DNA of 64,000 bases from Eledone cirrhosa (Eukaryota): contig OZ024764.1 of NCBI GenBank assembly GCA_964016885.1, forward strand, positions 21,762,001 to 21,826,000, given 5' to 3'. Positions 1 through 11,104 of this stretch are shown here, piece after piece; the stretch's first letter is position 1; every line of letters begins with the position of its first letter. Position numbers and translations under genes: made by a program. The notes below the pieces were generated by a model. It worked only from the letters and a program-made list of their open reading frames with translations. It ran no database searches and was not told the origin of the DNA.

Positions 1-300
1 TAAGGTAAACTAAAATCAAATAACATAGACTAAATTAAAATTAAAATCAAATGTGTAATTATAATTATATGTATAATTAAATGTAATTAAATAAATAAAT
101 AAAAATTAAAAATTAAATAAATAAATAAAATTTAAATTTAAATTTTAAAATTTTAAAATTAAAATCTAAATTTAAATATAAATAAATAAATAAATAAATA
201 AATAAATGGAGTCAAGTAAGTAAATAAATAAAATTAGATAACATGAAATGAAATAAAATAAAATGAAATAAAGTAAATTGAGATAAGATATATATTTTTT
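1..300. repeat. AT-rich low-complexity/(TAAA)n tract
   Basis: Runs of taaa/taaaa; almost no G or C. Confidence 0.85.
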
Positions 301-321
301 TAGAATATATCTCTTGAATAT

Positions 322-675
322 ATCAGGGGCCCACGAAGGCACTAAATGTCACAGTTATGTGTATCACTTGACCAATTTTTCAAAATACATTTCTTGAAAA
401 CATCAGGGGCCCACGAAGGCACTAAGTGTCACAGTCACCAGTATCACTTGACCATTGCAAGGCAATGGAGGCGTCCCAGGTTGGGCAGTCTCGAAAGTTC
501 ACTCGAAAGTCATGGGTGTGCCTTCACACAGTTGAGCGGTGGGGTAATCACAAACCGGTTCACACACCAATTTTTTAAAAATATATTTCTTGAAAACATC
601 AGGGGCCCACGAAGGCGCTAAGTGTCACAGTCACCAGTATCACTCGAGCGGTGGGGTAATCACAAACCGGTTCAA
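322..675. repeat. Three partial direct repeats of a GC-richer unit (unclassified TE end)
   Basis: atcaggggcccacgaaggc(a/g)ctaa.tgtcacagt at ~321, ~402 and ~597; gagcggtggggtaatcacaaaccggttca at ~534 and ~646. Confidence 0.6.
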
Positions 676-1112
676 CACGGGCAGGAGTCAAATGGTCAGA
701 AAGGTGCATCAAAGGAGGTAGAAAAATTCACATGCAAGCGTTAGGTTAAAACAAGCAGATACAGTTGTAGCGCATACAAAATACAAAATATAAAAGCCAT
801 TAAGTCACCGCATTGGGACATCAATATGTTCAGTACGTATATGCACGTACACACATCACATGCACATGCAGAGACGGTATACATATATATATATATATAT
901 TTTTTTATATATACACACAGACACATATAACCACCTACACCCATACACATATAAATGTATACACGGGCACACACGCACACACACACAGCGTAGGACACCC
1001 GGGTCAAAGCCGATATTAAATACGATATTAAATACAATATCGTCTATTATTACCTTTCATTCTTCAATGTCTTGGATTTGTTATTGCTTGTATGGTATGT
1101 AATTAACCTTTA

Positions 1113-1158
1113 TGCTCTGATGAGTCCCACTTATAGTGTGGATGAAACAATGTTAGCA
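1113..1158 (+). ncRNA. Minimal type I hammerhead ribozyme (Penelope-like element type)
   Basis: tgct-CTGATGA-gtcccac(ttata)gtgtggat-GAAA-c(aat)g-T-T-agca: stem I tgct/agca, bulged stem II, 1-bp stem III, GUU cleavage triplet. Confidence 0.7.
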
Positions 1159-1299
1159 AGTAAAGATATGCATATGCTATAAGCGTTCTTTGTTATTTAT
1201 TTATTATATTACGGCTCTGTCCTCAGACATTGAGCTAACCTCATACTGCCTGCTGGATAAGTGGAGTGTTATACACCCCTGATCCTTTCCCTAGCATAC

Positions 1300-1401
1300 T
1301 ATATACGTATGTGTATATTTTAACTATTTATAAATTATTTTAAATGACTTTTAAAAAATAGTGTTAAAGGAACGTGACCCAACAGGTCCCGGGTGGTCTA
1401 G
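1300..1401 (+). mobile_element. 3' end of non-autonomous Helitron (tail of the preceding unit)
   Basis: gacc-caaca-ggtc hairpin then CTAG|T; same as the ends at 17977, 37160 and 50206. Confidence 0.65.
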
Positions 1402-1807
1402 TTTGTTACCAAATACTAGATATTAGAGGGTCATGTTGTTCTAGATGTGCTGGAAGAGCCATTCCATCTTGTGAGGTTCACACCAGCAGCTAGCCACCTC
1501 AGCACCTATGGTGGTATATTTATTATATTATTTATTCTTTATCATTAACATTAATATAAAAGATAATTATATATTTTTAGAGAAGAACCTCTATTTTCAT
1601 ATAGCTTAGGGCTTCAGTAGGTAAAAGTCTGGCCCTGCTTGTCTTGTATTTTTTAGGGGAGAAGTTAGGGAATACTGTTATTGTGTGAAAGTTTTCTAAA
1701 TCTTCTTCAACCACTAACATGGAGAAGATATTTCAGTAAGAAGGTTCACATCCTGACATCTATAGCTGTTAACAATGAGATTGGAATTCATTATTAAACA
1801 AATGTTA

Positions 1808-2660
1808 TATCATCATCACTGTTTAACAACAGTTTTTTCACGCTGGCATGGGTTAGACGAGTTATCCTGTTGTAAGCATTGCCAGGTCAGGTGATCACGT
1901 GTTGCTCCTACAGAACAAATTTTGGATTGGTTTCTGCAGCTGGATGCCCTTCCTAGCACCAACCTTATTTACATTGAGTACTGGGTGCATTTTACAATCT
2001 TACCATCACGACCACTTTACAGTGTGCGCTGGGTGCTTTTTGTTGTGACACCTACATGACCACTTTACAGTTTGGGCTGGGTGCTTTTTGTTGTGACAGC
2101 TACATGACCACTTTACAGTGTGCATTGGTTACTTTTTGTTGTGACACCAACATGACCAATTTATAGTGTGGACTGGGTACTTTTTGTTGTGACACCAACA
2201 TGACCATTTTAAAGTTTTGGCTGGGTACTTTTTGTTGTCACCTACATGACCACTTTACAGTGTGGGCTGGGTGCTTTTTGCCGTGACACCTATGCAACCG
2301 CTTTACAGTGTGGGCTGGTTTCTTTTTGTCATGTCACCTACATGACCAGTTTATAGTATTGACTGTGTGTCCTTTACAGTGTGGGCTGGTTTCTTTTTGT
2401 TATATCACCTACATGACCACCTTATAGTGTTGGCTGTGTGTTCTTTGCAGTGTGGGCTGGTTTCTTTTTGTCATATCACCTACATGACCACCTTATAATG
2501 TTGACTGTGTGTTCTTTACAGTGTGGGCTGGTTTCTTTTTGTCATATCACCTACATGACCACCTTATAATGTTGACTGTGTGTTCTCTACAGTGTGGGTT
2601 GGGTGTTTTTTGTCATATCACCTACCCAACCACTTTGCAGTGTGGGCAGTGAAATATCAG
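1808..2660 (-). repeat. RTE-LINE 3'UTR remnant expanded into 48-bp and 71-bp minisatellites
   Basis: (CAT)n tail and ggatgcccttccta motif shared with RTE 3' ends at 18132 and 27612; tandem cactttacagtgtgggctggg...acctacatgac units. Confidence 0.7.
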
Positions 2661-2689
2661 TAATCAGAAGAAGGGAGGTAGGCATAAAA

Positions 2690-3170
2690 GCCAAACTTGC
2701 TGTCTTCAATTGGGTTTTTGTGCCAACCCTTACCTATGGTCACATATCTTGGGTAATGACCAAAAGAATATGATTGGGAATACAAATGGCAGATATGGGA
2801 TTCCTCTGAAGGGTCTTTGAAGGAACTTTTCTCAATAAAGTGCATAGCTCTGAGATCAGAGAGTCACTCCAGGTGGAGCTGTTACTTCTCCGAATTGAGA
2901 GATCACAGCTGCAATACTATGGCCATGTGGTTAGAATGTCTGAGGAAAGAATCACTGGATAGATTTTACAGGCAAAACTAACCGGCAGGAGACCCAGGGG
3001 TAGACCTGAGCAAGATGGTCACATAACATCCATGAGCTTGGCTGGTCTCTCTGGGAGATCCAGCCAGATCAATTGGAGTGGGTTGCTTCTGACAGGACCT
3101 GTTGGAGGGAGTGTTTGAGGACTCTGCCCCCAAGACCCTCTCTGGAAAAAGTGGGTTAATAAGAATAGGT
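2690..3170 (+). mobile_element. Rex3/Expander-like RTE-clade LINE, degenerate 3' fragment
   Basis: Translates to ..PTLTYGHISWVMT..LLRIERSQLQYYGHVVRM..GRRPRGRP with stops; copies at ~20245-20720 and ~50790-51270. Confidence 0.75.
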
Positions 3171-3473
3171 TGAGGTTACATAATCAACATCATATTTCCC
3201 TGCTAGCAAGGGTTTAATGAGTCTACTTCAACCAAGTAAGTACTGAAGTGAGGCTACTGATCTCCCAGACAGACCAAGGATCTGAGACTTATTTACATAA
3301 GGTCTCATTAGCTACTGAGTGCACAGAAAAGGTTGTCATGTCTTTGTCATGAATGAAGGGTTCTCCGACACTATGGTCGGGCAAGCTTTCTATGGCTAGA
3401 TGTCCTTCACATGACCAACCACATTACAGCCTGTGTTGGGTGTGTTTATCATGTAGGTGAGGCATAAGAAACT

Positions 3474-5826
3474 GAGGGTTCCCCAAGGGCCACATAGGTC
3501 ACGTGTTGTCTGAGGGTTGCACACTACAACTAATTATGTACATTACAACTAATGAAAGTCATTTAATAAAATATATTGCAGAAAGATTTGTTACTTAAAT
3601 TTAGAAACATACAATGTACATACAAATGTTTTAGCAGCATTCATGAATACAAAGTAATGAAGTAGTTTGACAAAAAACTAAAATTTAACATGTCAACATA
3701 TACTTGCAGATTGTAACAGCAACAAATACATTGTACACAAATAACAACAGTTGAAAACTGAACATTTATTTGCTACTATTCAACCATTTTTAGTGTTTTG
3801 TCCTGAGGCTTGACACTTCTTTCTGTTTACTATGTTTCGTATTTCTGGCTGAAATGTTTGTACAGTTCCAACTTTGATCAGATGACAAGTTTTGATCAGT
3901 CAGCCTTGTTCTCTGAGAAGTTTTTGTTAATTTCATGAAGGAAAATAACTGTCCACTCACATAGGTAGAACCAAACATTGCCATAATCTTTGTGACAAAC
4001 TTTCTGATGTTAATAAACTTTTCAGGAAGGTATGAAAAGAAACCAGGTATCCCCACTACAAGATACTTTGTTCAGAGTGTAGAATCTGACTGCATTTCCA
4101 ATAGTTCCATCTGCAGGCATTCTTCTGCCTTCATCAAAGGTGAATGGTGCTGAGAAGAATGTAAACTGATGTTCAAAAAATGAGAAATCACAAAATCTTT
4201 CCTGAAATTTCTTTAACAACAATTCCAGGTGACTGTCATACTTAGCTAAGCTAAATACAGACTCAGTATTGGCAGTGTTTTTCAGTTCTTTGCACATAGG
4301 AAAATGAACTATATTTTCATCTGACGACGGAGATTTCCATAAGCTTAGTTTTCTAATGAAGCACTTGATGTCATCATTCAACTGATTGATGGGTTTGTTT
4401 TTACCTTGTAATTTCAAGTTAAGATCAGTTAATTGTGCAGTAATATCCACAGCAAAAATCAGGTGTTGGAGCCAACTTTCATCTTTTATTTCATCTGTGT
4501 TTTAACCTTTTATCTCCCAAAACACAATTATTTCTTGTCTCAACAAATAGAATCTTTTCAGCACTTTGTGACATGTCAACCAGCAGACTTCTGTGTAGAA
4601 TGGAACATCGGTGAACTGATTATCCATATCTTCCAACAACTGGCTGAACTGACGGTGGTTGAGAGCACGGCCTCTGATTTAGTTCACTGTCTTTGTGACC
4701 AAGCTAAGCACATGATGCAATTTTAAAATCTTTGAACATAAATTTTGCTGATGAATAATAGTGAAAATGTGCAAATGATGAATCTAGATATGAGGTTTCT
4801 ATTTTTGTTTGTAACTTGGCAGCAACACCATTATGTCTACCAACCATATTTGCAGCACTGTCAGTAGATAAACATGCAAGTTTACTCAGATCAAAACCAT
4901 GCAGACCCTGCTTGACCTTCTCAAAGATGTCCTGGCTTGTTATAGTGTCATGCATGGGGACCAGTTCAATCAGTTCTTCATAAATATTAAATTCACAGTC
5001 ACAGGCCCTGATGAAGAATGCAAGCTGTACTATTCCAGTGATGTCAACAGTCTCATCAATAGCAATAGAAACATGTTCAAACCTTGATGATACAGCCTTT
5101 AACTGTTGTTTCAGATCACCTGACATTTCATTAATCTGTTCAGCAACAGTGTTCCTGGTTAATGAAATGTCTTTGAATAACTCTGCTTTCTCTGGACAAT
5201 TTCAGCTGTTTTTACAAGACATTGCATTACAAAATCTCATTCACTGTAAGATTTCCCACTCATGGCAATCATTTGACTGAGTTCATAGCTTGCAGTAACG
5301 GAAAAGTGACATTCTCTTCCTGAATTAACATAAAATAGGTCTGTTGCTGTGTCAAGTTAGACTTCAATTCCTTCAGTCTTGAAACACACATTGGGCCTTC
5401 ATATTTATCGTAAGATCGAGGGTTTGTTTCATAATGTCTTTTTAAATTGTACTCTTTTGGCGTGGCGATGTAGTTGTTGCAAATTAAACAGTGTATCTTT
5501 CTGTTCACCATTGGGCAAAAATACTGTAATTCCCACTTTTCTTGAAACACTTGCCCTTCTTCGTTCAATTTCCTTTTTCTCTTAGCTGGAGGAGCACTAA
5601 CCATTTCAAAAACAAAAACTTTTGAAATTTTGAAAGAAAGTTTTCTGTTAATGATCTGCACGTGATTAATGGAAGTTAAAAGTAGTTGACAAAAATTGCA
5701 CACAAAAAACAATTGTATCGAAAAATTTTTAAATTTTATATTACGAAAATGAAACATGCTCGCATGTAAAAACCTTTGTGTGGGCTGTAGGTTTGCTTGC
5801 AAAGGGCCGCATGTTTGACAGGTCTG
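3474..5826 (-). mobile_element. Decayed hAT DNA transposon (SPIN/Buster, GTF2IRD2-like transposase)
   Basis: Frameshifted ORFs KRK..VFQEKWELQYFC, SIAIDETVDITGIVQLA, STDSAANMVG, DITAQLTDLNLKLQG, AMFGSTY..QLFS; terminal cagacctgtcaaacatgcggccc on the - strand. Confidence 0.85.
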
Positions 5827-6628
5827 ATGTGGGTTACCAACACTAGGGAGGGCAGCATGTCCTTCAATGTCTTCTGCTACATTAACTACCAGGAGGTCAC
5901 CACATGACACAAAGACATTTCAAAGAGGGGTCATAAAAGAACTAAATACGAAAGTACCCACAGCAACAAGCAAATAATTGAGCTTTGGGTCTAGGTCAAG
6001 GGGCAGAAGTGCTGCGCCCTGTGGATAAGACTGCAAAAGTATTCGCCCCGGACGATGGACAGTGACACCCACTGCAACAGCCACTCCAACCTCATGGGGC
6101 TCCCTCTTCAGAAGGGCCACCAACGTTCTGATCTTACAGAGGAGCTTGGCAGTACGGGGTCCAAGTACTTCTGAGGTCTCGATGGTGACCAGTGTGAAGA
6201 GACCTACAATTGATCTAATCCCAGTTATGTTGGACTGTAATATACTGGGGTATAGAGAGGCCTTAACCTGTCACAGCCGGGCCACCCAGGGTTGTGTCAT
6301 CTAGGTACTAGACAGGGGTAACTAGACCATGTTGTCAACTGTCAGCACCAATAGGAGTGAGGCGAGTGGGTCCCCTTGCGAGACACCATATATAAAAACG
6401 TATTTGCTAATTACTTTAGTGAATAATTTGTTTCATACGTAATTATTACTTTTAACACAATAGGATTTTGTACACGTGTTTGTTTGAAAACATCTTTCAA
6501 AGAAGTATGAGACAGTCTTTTGTAGTGTTTATTATAATAAATTACTGTATTTTGAGCTGTTTTAACTTCTCCACCTTCTATTATTTTATATTGTTTTTGT
6601 AAGAAAACGATATCTTTTTCATATATAT

Positions 6629-6845
6629 GAAGGCGTGTGGCTGAGTGGTTAGAGAATTGGATTCGGAATTGTGAAGTTGTGAGTTCGATTCCCAGACCGG
6701 GCGATGCGTTATGTCCTTGAGCAAGACATTTTATTTCACGTTGCTCCTTCTACCTGGAGTTGCGACCGATAGATAGTATTAGCAATTGGAAAGACCAATG
6801 GAAACATTGTTTCCTTGGTCCGATTTGACGAAAAGTCGATCATAA
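6629..6845 (+). mobile_element. tRNA-derived SINE
   Basis: A box TGGCTGAGTGG (6638), B box GTTCGATTC (6683), then tgtccttgagcaagac body; copies at 23661 and 54113, inverted at 42137-42310. Confidence 0.8.
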
Positions 6846-7414
6846 AAAATATATATAGACAGAGAGAGAGACAAACATACACTACTGTATTACATATGTA
6901 AGGGGAGATAACTCTCGTAACACCCCCCCCTTCTTTTTGATATACGTCCTTTAAGTACTTTGTTCAATGGAACCTGCTTTATTTTGTGTCCTAAGTAGAT
7001 TTCTGTTTAAGTATTTACGAGATTCACAATGATTCACGTAACCAAGTTACTTACATAGAGATATATTTCACATAGAATCACAACAAATGAAAATATTAAG
7101 TCAACACTCTGTCAATCAGTCTCACATCACATGGGGTGCTGGAGTCTCCCTCTAATTCTTTCTGAGACAGTCTTACCTCGAGTGATAGCAAGGCTAAGAT
7201 GTTGGAACTACCAAACACCCTCATATGTATCACCTGACACCTCGGTAAGGAGAGCTGCCAACGATAACAAGAACCTCGTTGTCAGGGACCTATCTCCTCC
7301 AAACTTCTCCAACACCACAGACTAGAATATTCTACTCTTTATTCCCTATCAAATATATTTCAGTCTAGTCATTTATCTTGTATCTTGTATATGTATTTTG
7401 AAAACTAACTGTCA

Positions 7415-7868
7415 CATTTGTGAGACCCCAGTTAGTATTGTTTTCGTCTCCCTCCCACATCCTACATGCTGTAGTAAAAGTGAGGGTCACTGCTTCTGTA
7501 GACGAACGAAATAAAAGTTAAACTACCAGTAATTATCGGCAAAGTATTTATTCCAGTCTGTGATGTTTGAGAAGCTGGGCTGCTGACAACGAAGTTGTGG
7601 TCACTGTTGGCAGCTGGCTTTACGGAAGTACCCGATGACTCTTGTGAGGGTACTTAGCTGTTCTGGCGGTTTAGCCTCCATGACATGATTTTACTGAGAT
7701 ACCCGGTCATCTCTGTCAGGGTACTTAGCTGTTCTGGCGGTTTAGCCTCCATATGACCCGATCTTACCGAGATACCCGGTGATCTCTGTCAGGGTACTTA
7801 GCTGTTCTGGCAACTTAGCCCCCATATGACCCGATTTACCGAAGTACCCGGTGATCTCTGTAAGAGTA
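7415..7868. repeat. LTR-like repeat with internal tandem units (unclassified)
   Basis: Begins tgtgagacccc; repeated gatacccggtgatctctgtcagggtacttagctgttctgg; longer version in B (~24456-25225). Confidence 0.4.
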
Positions 7869-7876
7869 CTTAGCTG

Positions 7877-8521
7877 GGCATAGGTTAAGTTTTACGTCCT
7901 CGAAAATGAAACTAGGTTTTCTGACATGTGAATGTGTTTTTGTTTTTTTTTACAATGAAATTTACGATACACTTTTTGTTTATTTACAACAGGTCTCTAT
8001 AGTGATATGGTGTTAATTAGTATTGCGTGTGTGATTATTTTCTCTTATATATATATGTGTGGGTGTGTATATGTGTGTATATATATGTGTGTCTGTATGT
8101 ATATATATATGTGTGTTTGTATATATATATGTGTTTGTGTCATCATCATCGTTTACATGTTTTTACCCAAATCCCTTATCATTCTCTGTCCTTATGACCC
8201 GGCCTTAATTTGTTTATAGTTGGTGCCAACTTTGGCAAGATATTACAAAAACATCTAAACGATGATGATGACACCCACACATATATATATACAAACACAC
8301 ATATATATATATACATACAGACACACATATACACACCCACACATATATATATAAGAAATAATAATCACACACGCAATACTAATTAACACCATATCACTAT
8401 AGAGACCTGTTGTAAATAAACAAAGAGTGTATCGTAAATTTCATTGTAAAAAAAAAACAAACACATTCACTTGTCAGAAAACCTAGTTTCATATTCGAGG
8501 ACGTAAAACTTAACCTATGCC
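7877..8521. mobile_element. Foldback MITE with ~290-bp terminal inverted repeats and 8-bp TSD
   Basis: GGCATAGGTTAAGTTTTACG.../...CGTAAAACTTAACCTATGCC; TSD cttagctg at 7869-7876 and 8522-8529; empty site in unit D (~55221). Confidence 0.9.
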
Positions 8522-8609
8522 CTTAGCTGTTCTATTTTAATTACATTTACTGATTTCAACTTTCATTTTTTATTACAAACTTTACATAATTTAATTCCGT
8601 AAAAATATT

Positions 8610-8690
8610 TTACGTCACAAAAAAACTTGACCTTTGACATGAAGCATGCGCAGTGGTGCAGTTGTCGACTTCCTGTCCACGTGTCAGTCT
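8610..8690 (+). promoter_or_regulatory. Predicted core promoter of ZNF gene A
   Basis: TTACGTCA (CRE-like), TGACCTTTGACA (DR1-like), GCATGCGCA (NRF1), ACTTCCTG (ETS), CACGTG (E-box) and TCAGTC (Inr) within 80 bp, followed by a donor site. Confidence 0.65.
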
Positions 8691-8747
8691 TCCTACAACA
8701 ACATTTAGACAACATTTCTGTAAATACTAAACACCTGAGACTATAAT
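8686..8747 (+). other. Predicted non-coding exon 1 of ZNF gene A
   Basis: From the Inr to donor aat|GTAAGT at 8748; donor identical in B and D. Confidence 0.55.
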
Positions 8748-9207
8748 GTAAGTATTATGTCTATTAATATTGTAGATTTAAGCTCACTTTTCACATCACA
8801 AATATATATTTTCTTGTTTGTTTCATTACTGGAAATATAAAATGTTATCGTAATTATCTATATTTTACCTACCTCTAATTAATTAAAGTGAAAACTTTTG
8901 TTGTTGCTGAAAAATAAATTAACAAAACTAAATATTTAAATATTCTAAAGGTCGTTTTTATATTATGTGATGATATAATTAATATATTTTATTACAATTG
9001 TATAAATTTACAGTAGAATAACGTTGTAAATATGTTTTAAATATATACATAAATAACATAAGTGTGTAAATAACATTATAAATTGCTGGCAATTCCTTGA
9101 GAAAGACATTACAAATATATTGTCTAAACTGTGTATAATAATATAATTTATTGAACAATAATGATAAAGGAAAGAAAAACAGTGGGAGATGGCATTTCCC
9201 CACCAGG

Positions 9208-9376
9208 TGTGATAATAGGCCACACCTCACACCTTAGGGGTTAACTACACACTTAGAGGCAAGCCAACACACTGGCAGCATTACTAAGGGGCTGAAATAA
9301 CCAGGTACCCTCACGGGTATCACCTGACACCTTGGTAAGGTGAGTCTAAGGGGCTGAAATAACCAGGTACCCTCAC
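9208..9376. repeat. LTR-like fragment with 60-bp tandem units
   Basis: ctaagg.g.tgaaataaccaggtaccctcacgggtatcacc repeated: ~2 units in A, ~4 in B (25979-26197), ~3 in D. Confidence 0.5.
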
Positions 9377-9733
9377 GGAAACGACTAGATTTGTAGAAAA
9401 AGTAGGGTAAAAGTATACGAAGAGATGTAGTTTCACAGATCTACTCACACCTCACGTTGGGTGGGAAATAATTATTTTTCTTAGATTTTTTTCTAGACCC
9501 CTTTTCAATATTTTCTCTGAACCCCTTAGATACTTGCAATAGACGTTTTATTCCCCAGTATTAGGGTTAGGGTTTCCGTTTTCAGGAAGAAAAGTCGATT
9601 GCAAACATCTAAGAGGTCGAGAAAAATAATAAGGAAAGATAATTATTTCCCAGCCAACTGGAGAAGTGTGTAGCTCTTCTAAACTCTGATAATCCCGTCT
9701 CCCACTTCTTTATCTACAAATCTAGTCGTTTCC
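9377..9733. mobile_element. MITE with GG-starting terminal inverted repeats
   Basis: GGAAACGACTAGATTTGTAGA / TCTACAAATCTAGTCGTTTCC, imperfectly extending ~130 bp; also at 60385-60744; no TSD visible. Confidence 0.75.
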
Positions 9734-9859
9734 TGCTACTTTGAAGGCCCTATTTATTGATAACACCACTTGTAAATCTTTGTCAACTTATCATACGTAA
9801 ATTGTGAATCAGTTATTTTTAAACAAACTATCAAAGAAGTGATCTCACAGTAACTGTGT

Positions 9860-10080
9860 TTGATTTAATCAACTTATTCCCCCCAAACATTGTCGACCTT
9901 GTGTCTAAATCAGAAACTATTATAAGATCTTAAATCAACCCCGTAAAGATGAAGGGCAAAGCTAACCTCGGCGGGATTTCAACCTTTTATGTTATGAGTT
10001 CAAATCCCACCAAAATTAACTTTGTCTTTCATTCTAACGGAGTGGATAAATTAAAGTTCCAGTAATCTAATGGGGTCTGT
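9860..10080. mobile_element. Octopus-type tRNA-SINE fragments in both orientations
   Basis: cctcggcgggatt and gagttcaaatcccacc...ctttgtctttcat...gataaattaaagttccagt. Confidence 0.5.
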
Positions 10081-10135
10081 GATATTTACGTTTGAGTTGA
10101 TTCTATCTTTTTGTGTGTTTGTATTTATAATCTTT

Positions 10136-10600
10136 CTAGAAACCCTGTGACCTGTTGGGTCACGTTCCCTTTAAAAATAATTTTTAAATAATTAAAATAT
10201 ACACAGACATGTCTATAATCTAAAATGAAATTAGTAGGTAGGCCCATGTATATATATATATATATATGCGTGTGTGTATATATATATATGTGTGTGTGTG
10301 TGTATATCTATATGTCACAGACACACACACACGAGTCGCTTGTTATAATTTTATAACTTTGTTCAACAACACCAACAGCTCTCTCACACACCCATTATCT
10401 TTCTCTCTCTATTTATGAAGGTACCAGAAAAAACCCCATATCTCGGGAACCTGGGCTGTGATTTACATGAAGCTTATTTTATCCCATCTGTATTCCCATT
10501 TCAGGGTCAACTTCCTTTCAAACTATTTCCCCATTATGCCCCGTTTTGGCTGTATTACATTACAGACAAGACACAATCACAGAGTTTTAGGTTTATAATG
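10136..10600 (-). mobile_element. Non-autonomous Helitron, inverted copy in intron 1
   Basis: Reverse complement of 17577-17977, with gtgacc-caaca-ggtcac hairpin and CTAG end; B copy 26498-29085 is interrupted. Confidence 0.7.
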
Positions 10601-10850
10601 TGTGGTTAGAAAAAGCTATCTCACCGCTTTTCACAGGCGCCGCTAAACTCCACTGCAGGTTACTCCTCTTCCACGTGCCTCCAACTGCTTAACACCGGGA
10701 GCTGCCCAAAACTCGCGTCCACACCGTTTGCTGGTCACCACTAGAGAGAGGCCCTCTGCTGGCCCTTCCGGTCGAGCATCCTTCCGGCCAAACACCCTTC
10801 CGGTCGAGCACTCCCCCGCCTCCAGCCACCCACGCCACACCATACCCACA
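10601..10850 (-). mobile_element. Solo LTR of a Gypsy retrotransposon
   Basis: TGTGG...CCACA termini; 5-bp TSD taatg (10596-10600, 10851-10855); empty site in B (~29083); matches LTR at 43705-43924. Confidence 0.9.
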
Positions 10851-10904
10851 TAATGTTATAGTATCATGATAGGGTAATACAGTTATTTATAGACCTGTGG
10901 TAAA

Positions 10905-11068
10905 TGTTGGTGCAGTCCACCCTGGGGGGGTGTTAGTGTTGGTTCAGTCCACTCTGGGGGGTGTTAGTGTTGGTTCAGTCCACCCTGGGGAGTGTTAGTG
11001 TTGGTTCAGTCCACTCTGGGGGTGTTAGTGTTGGTTCAGTCCACCCTGGGGAGTGTTAGTGTTGGTCA
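10905..11068. repeat. ~30-bp minisatellite
   Basis: gtgttggttcagtccac(c/t)ctggggg.gtgtta x~5; also 29137-29270. Confidence 0.85.
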
Positions 11069-11104
11069 ATGATAACCTTTATAATTAGAGGCCTGTTGGT
11101 GAGG

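Noticed and set aside
741-1102. Short ORFs over (TA)n/(CA)n tracts (also 8007, 36586-36982)
   Set aside because: Microsatellite translations
3790-5910. Host gene GTF2IRD2/EPM2AIP1-like
   Set aside because: Frameshifted, TIR-bounded and differently deleted in each unit: a transposon fossil
6629-6700. tRNA gene
   Set aside because: A/B boxes run into a SINE body; no convincing cloverleaf; repeated with the unit
7131-7325. 64-aa ORF conserved in three copies
   Set aside because: Conservation is explained by segmental duplication; the D copy has a TGA stop (~54725); lies in repeat-like sequence
9560-9575. ttagggttagggtt as interstitial telomere
   Set aside because: Only two units, inside a MITE
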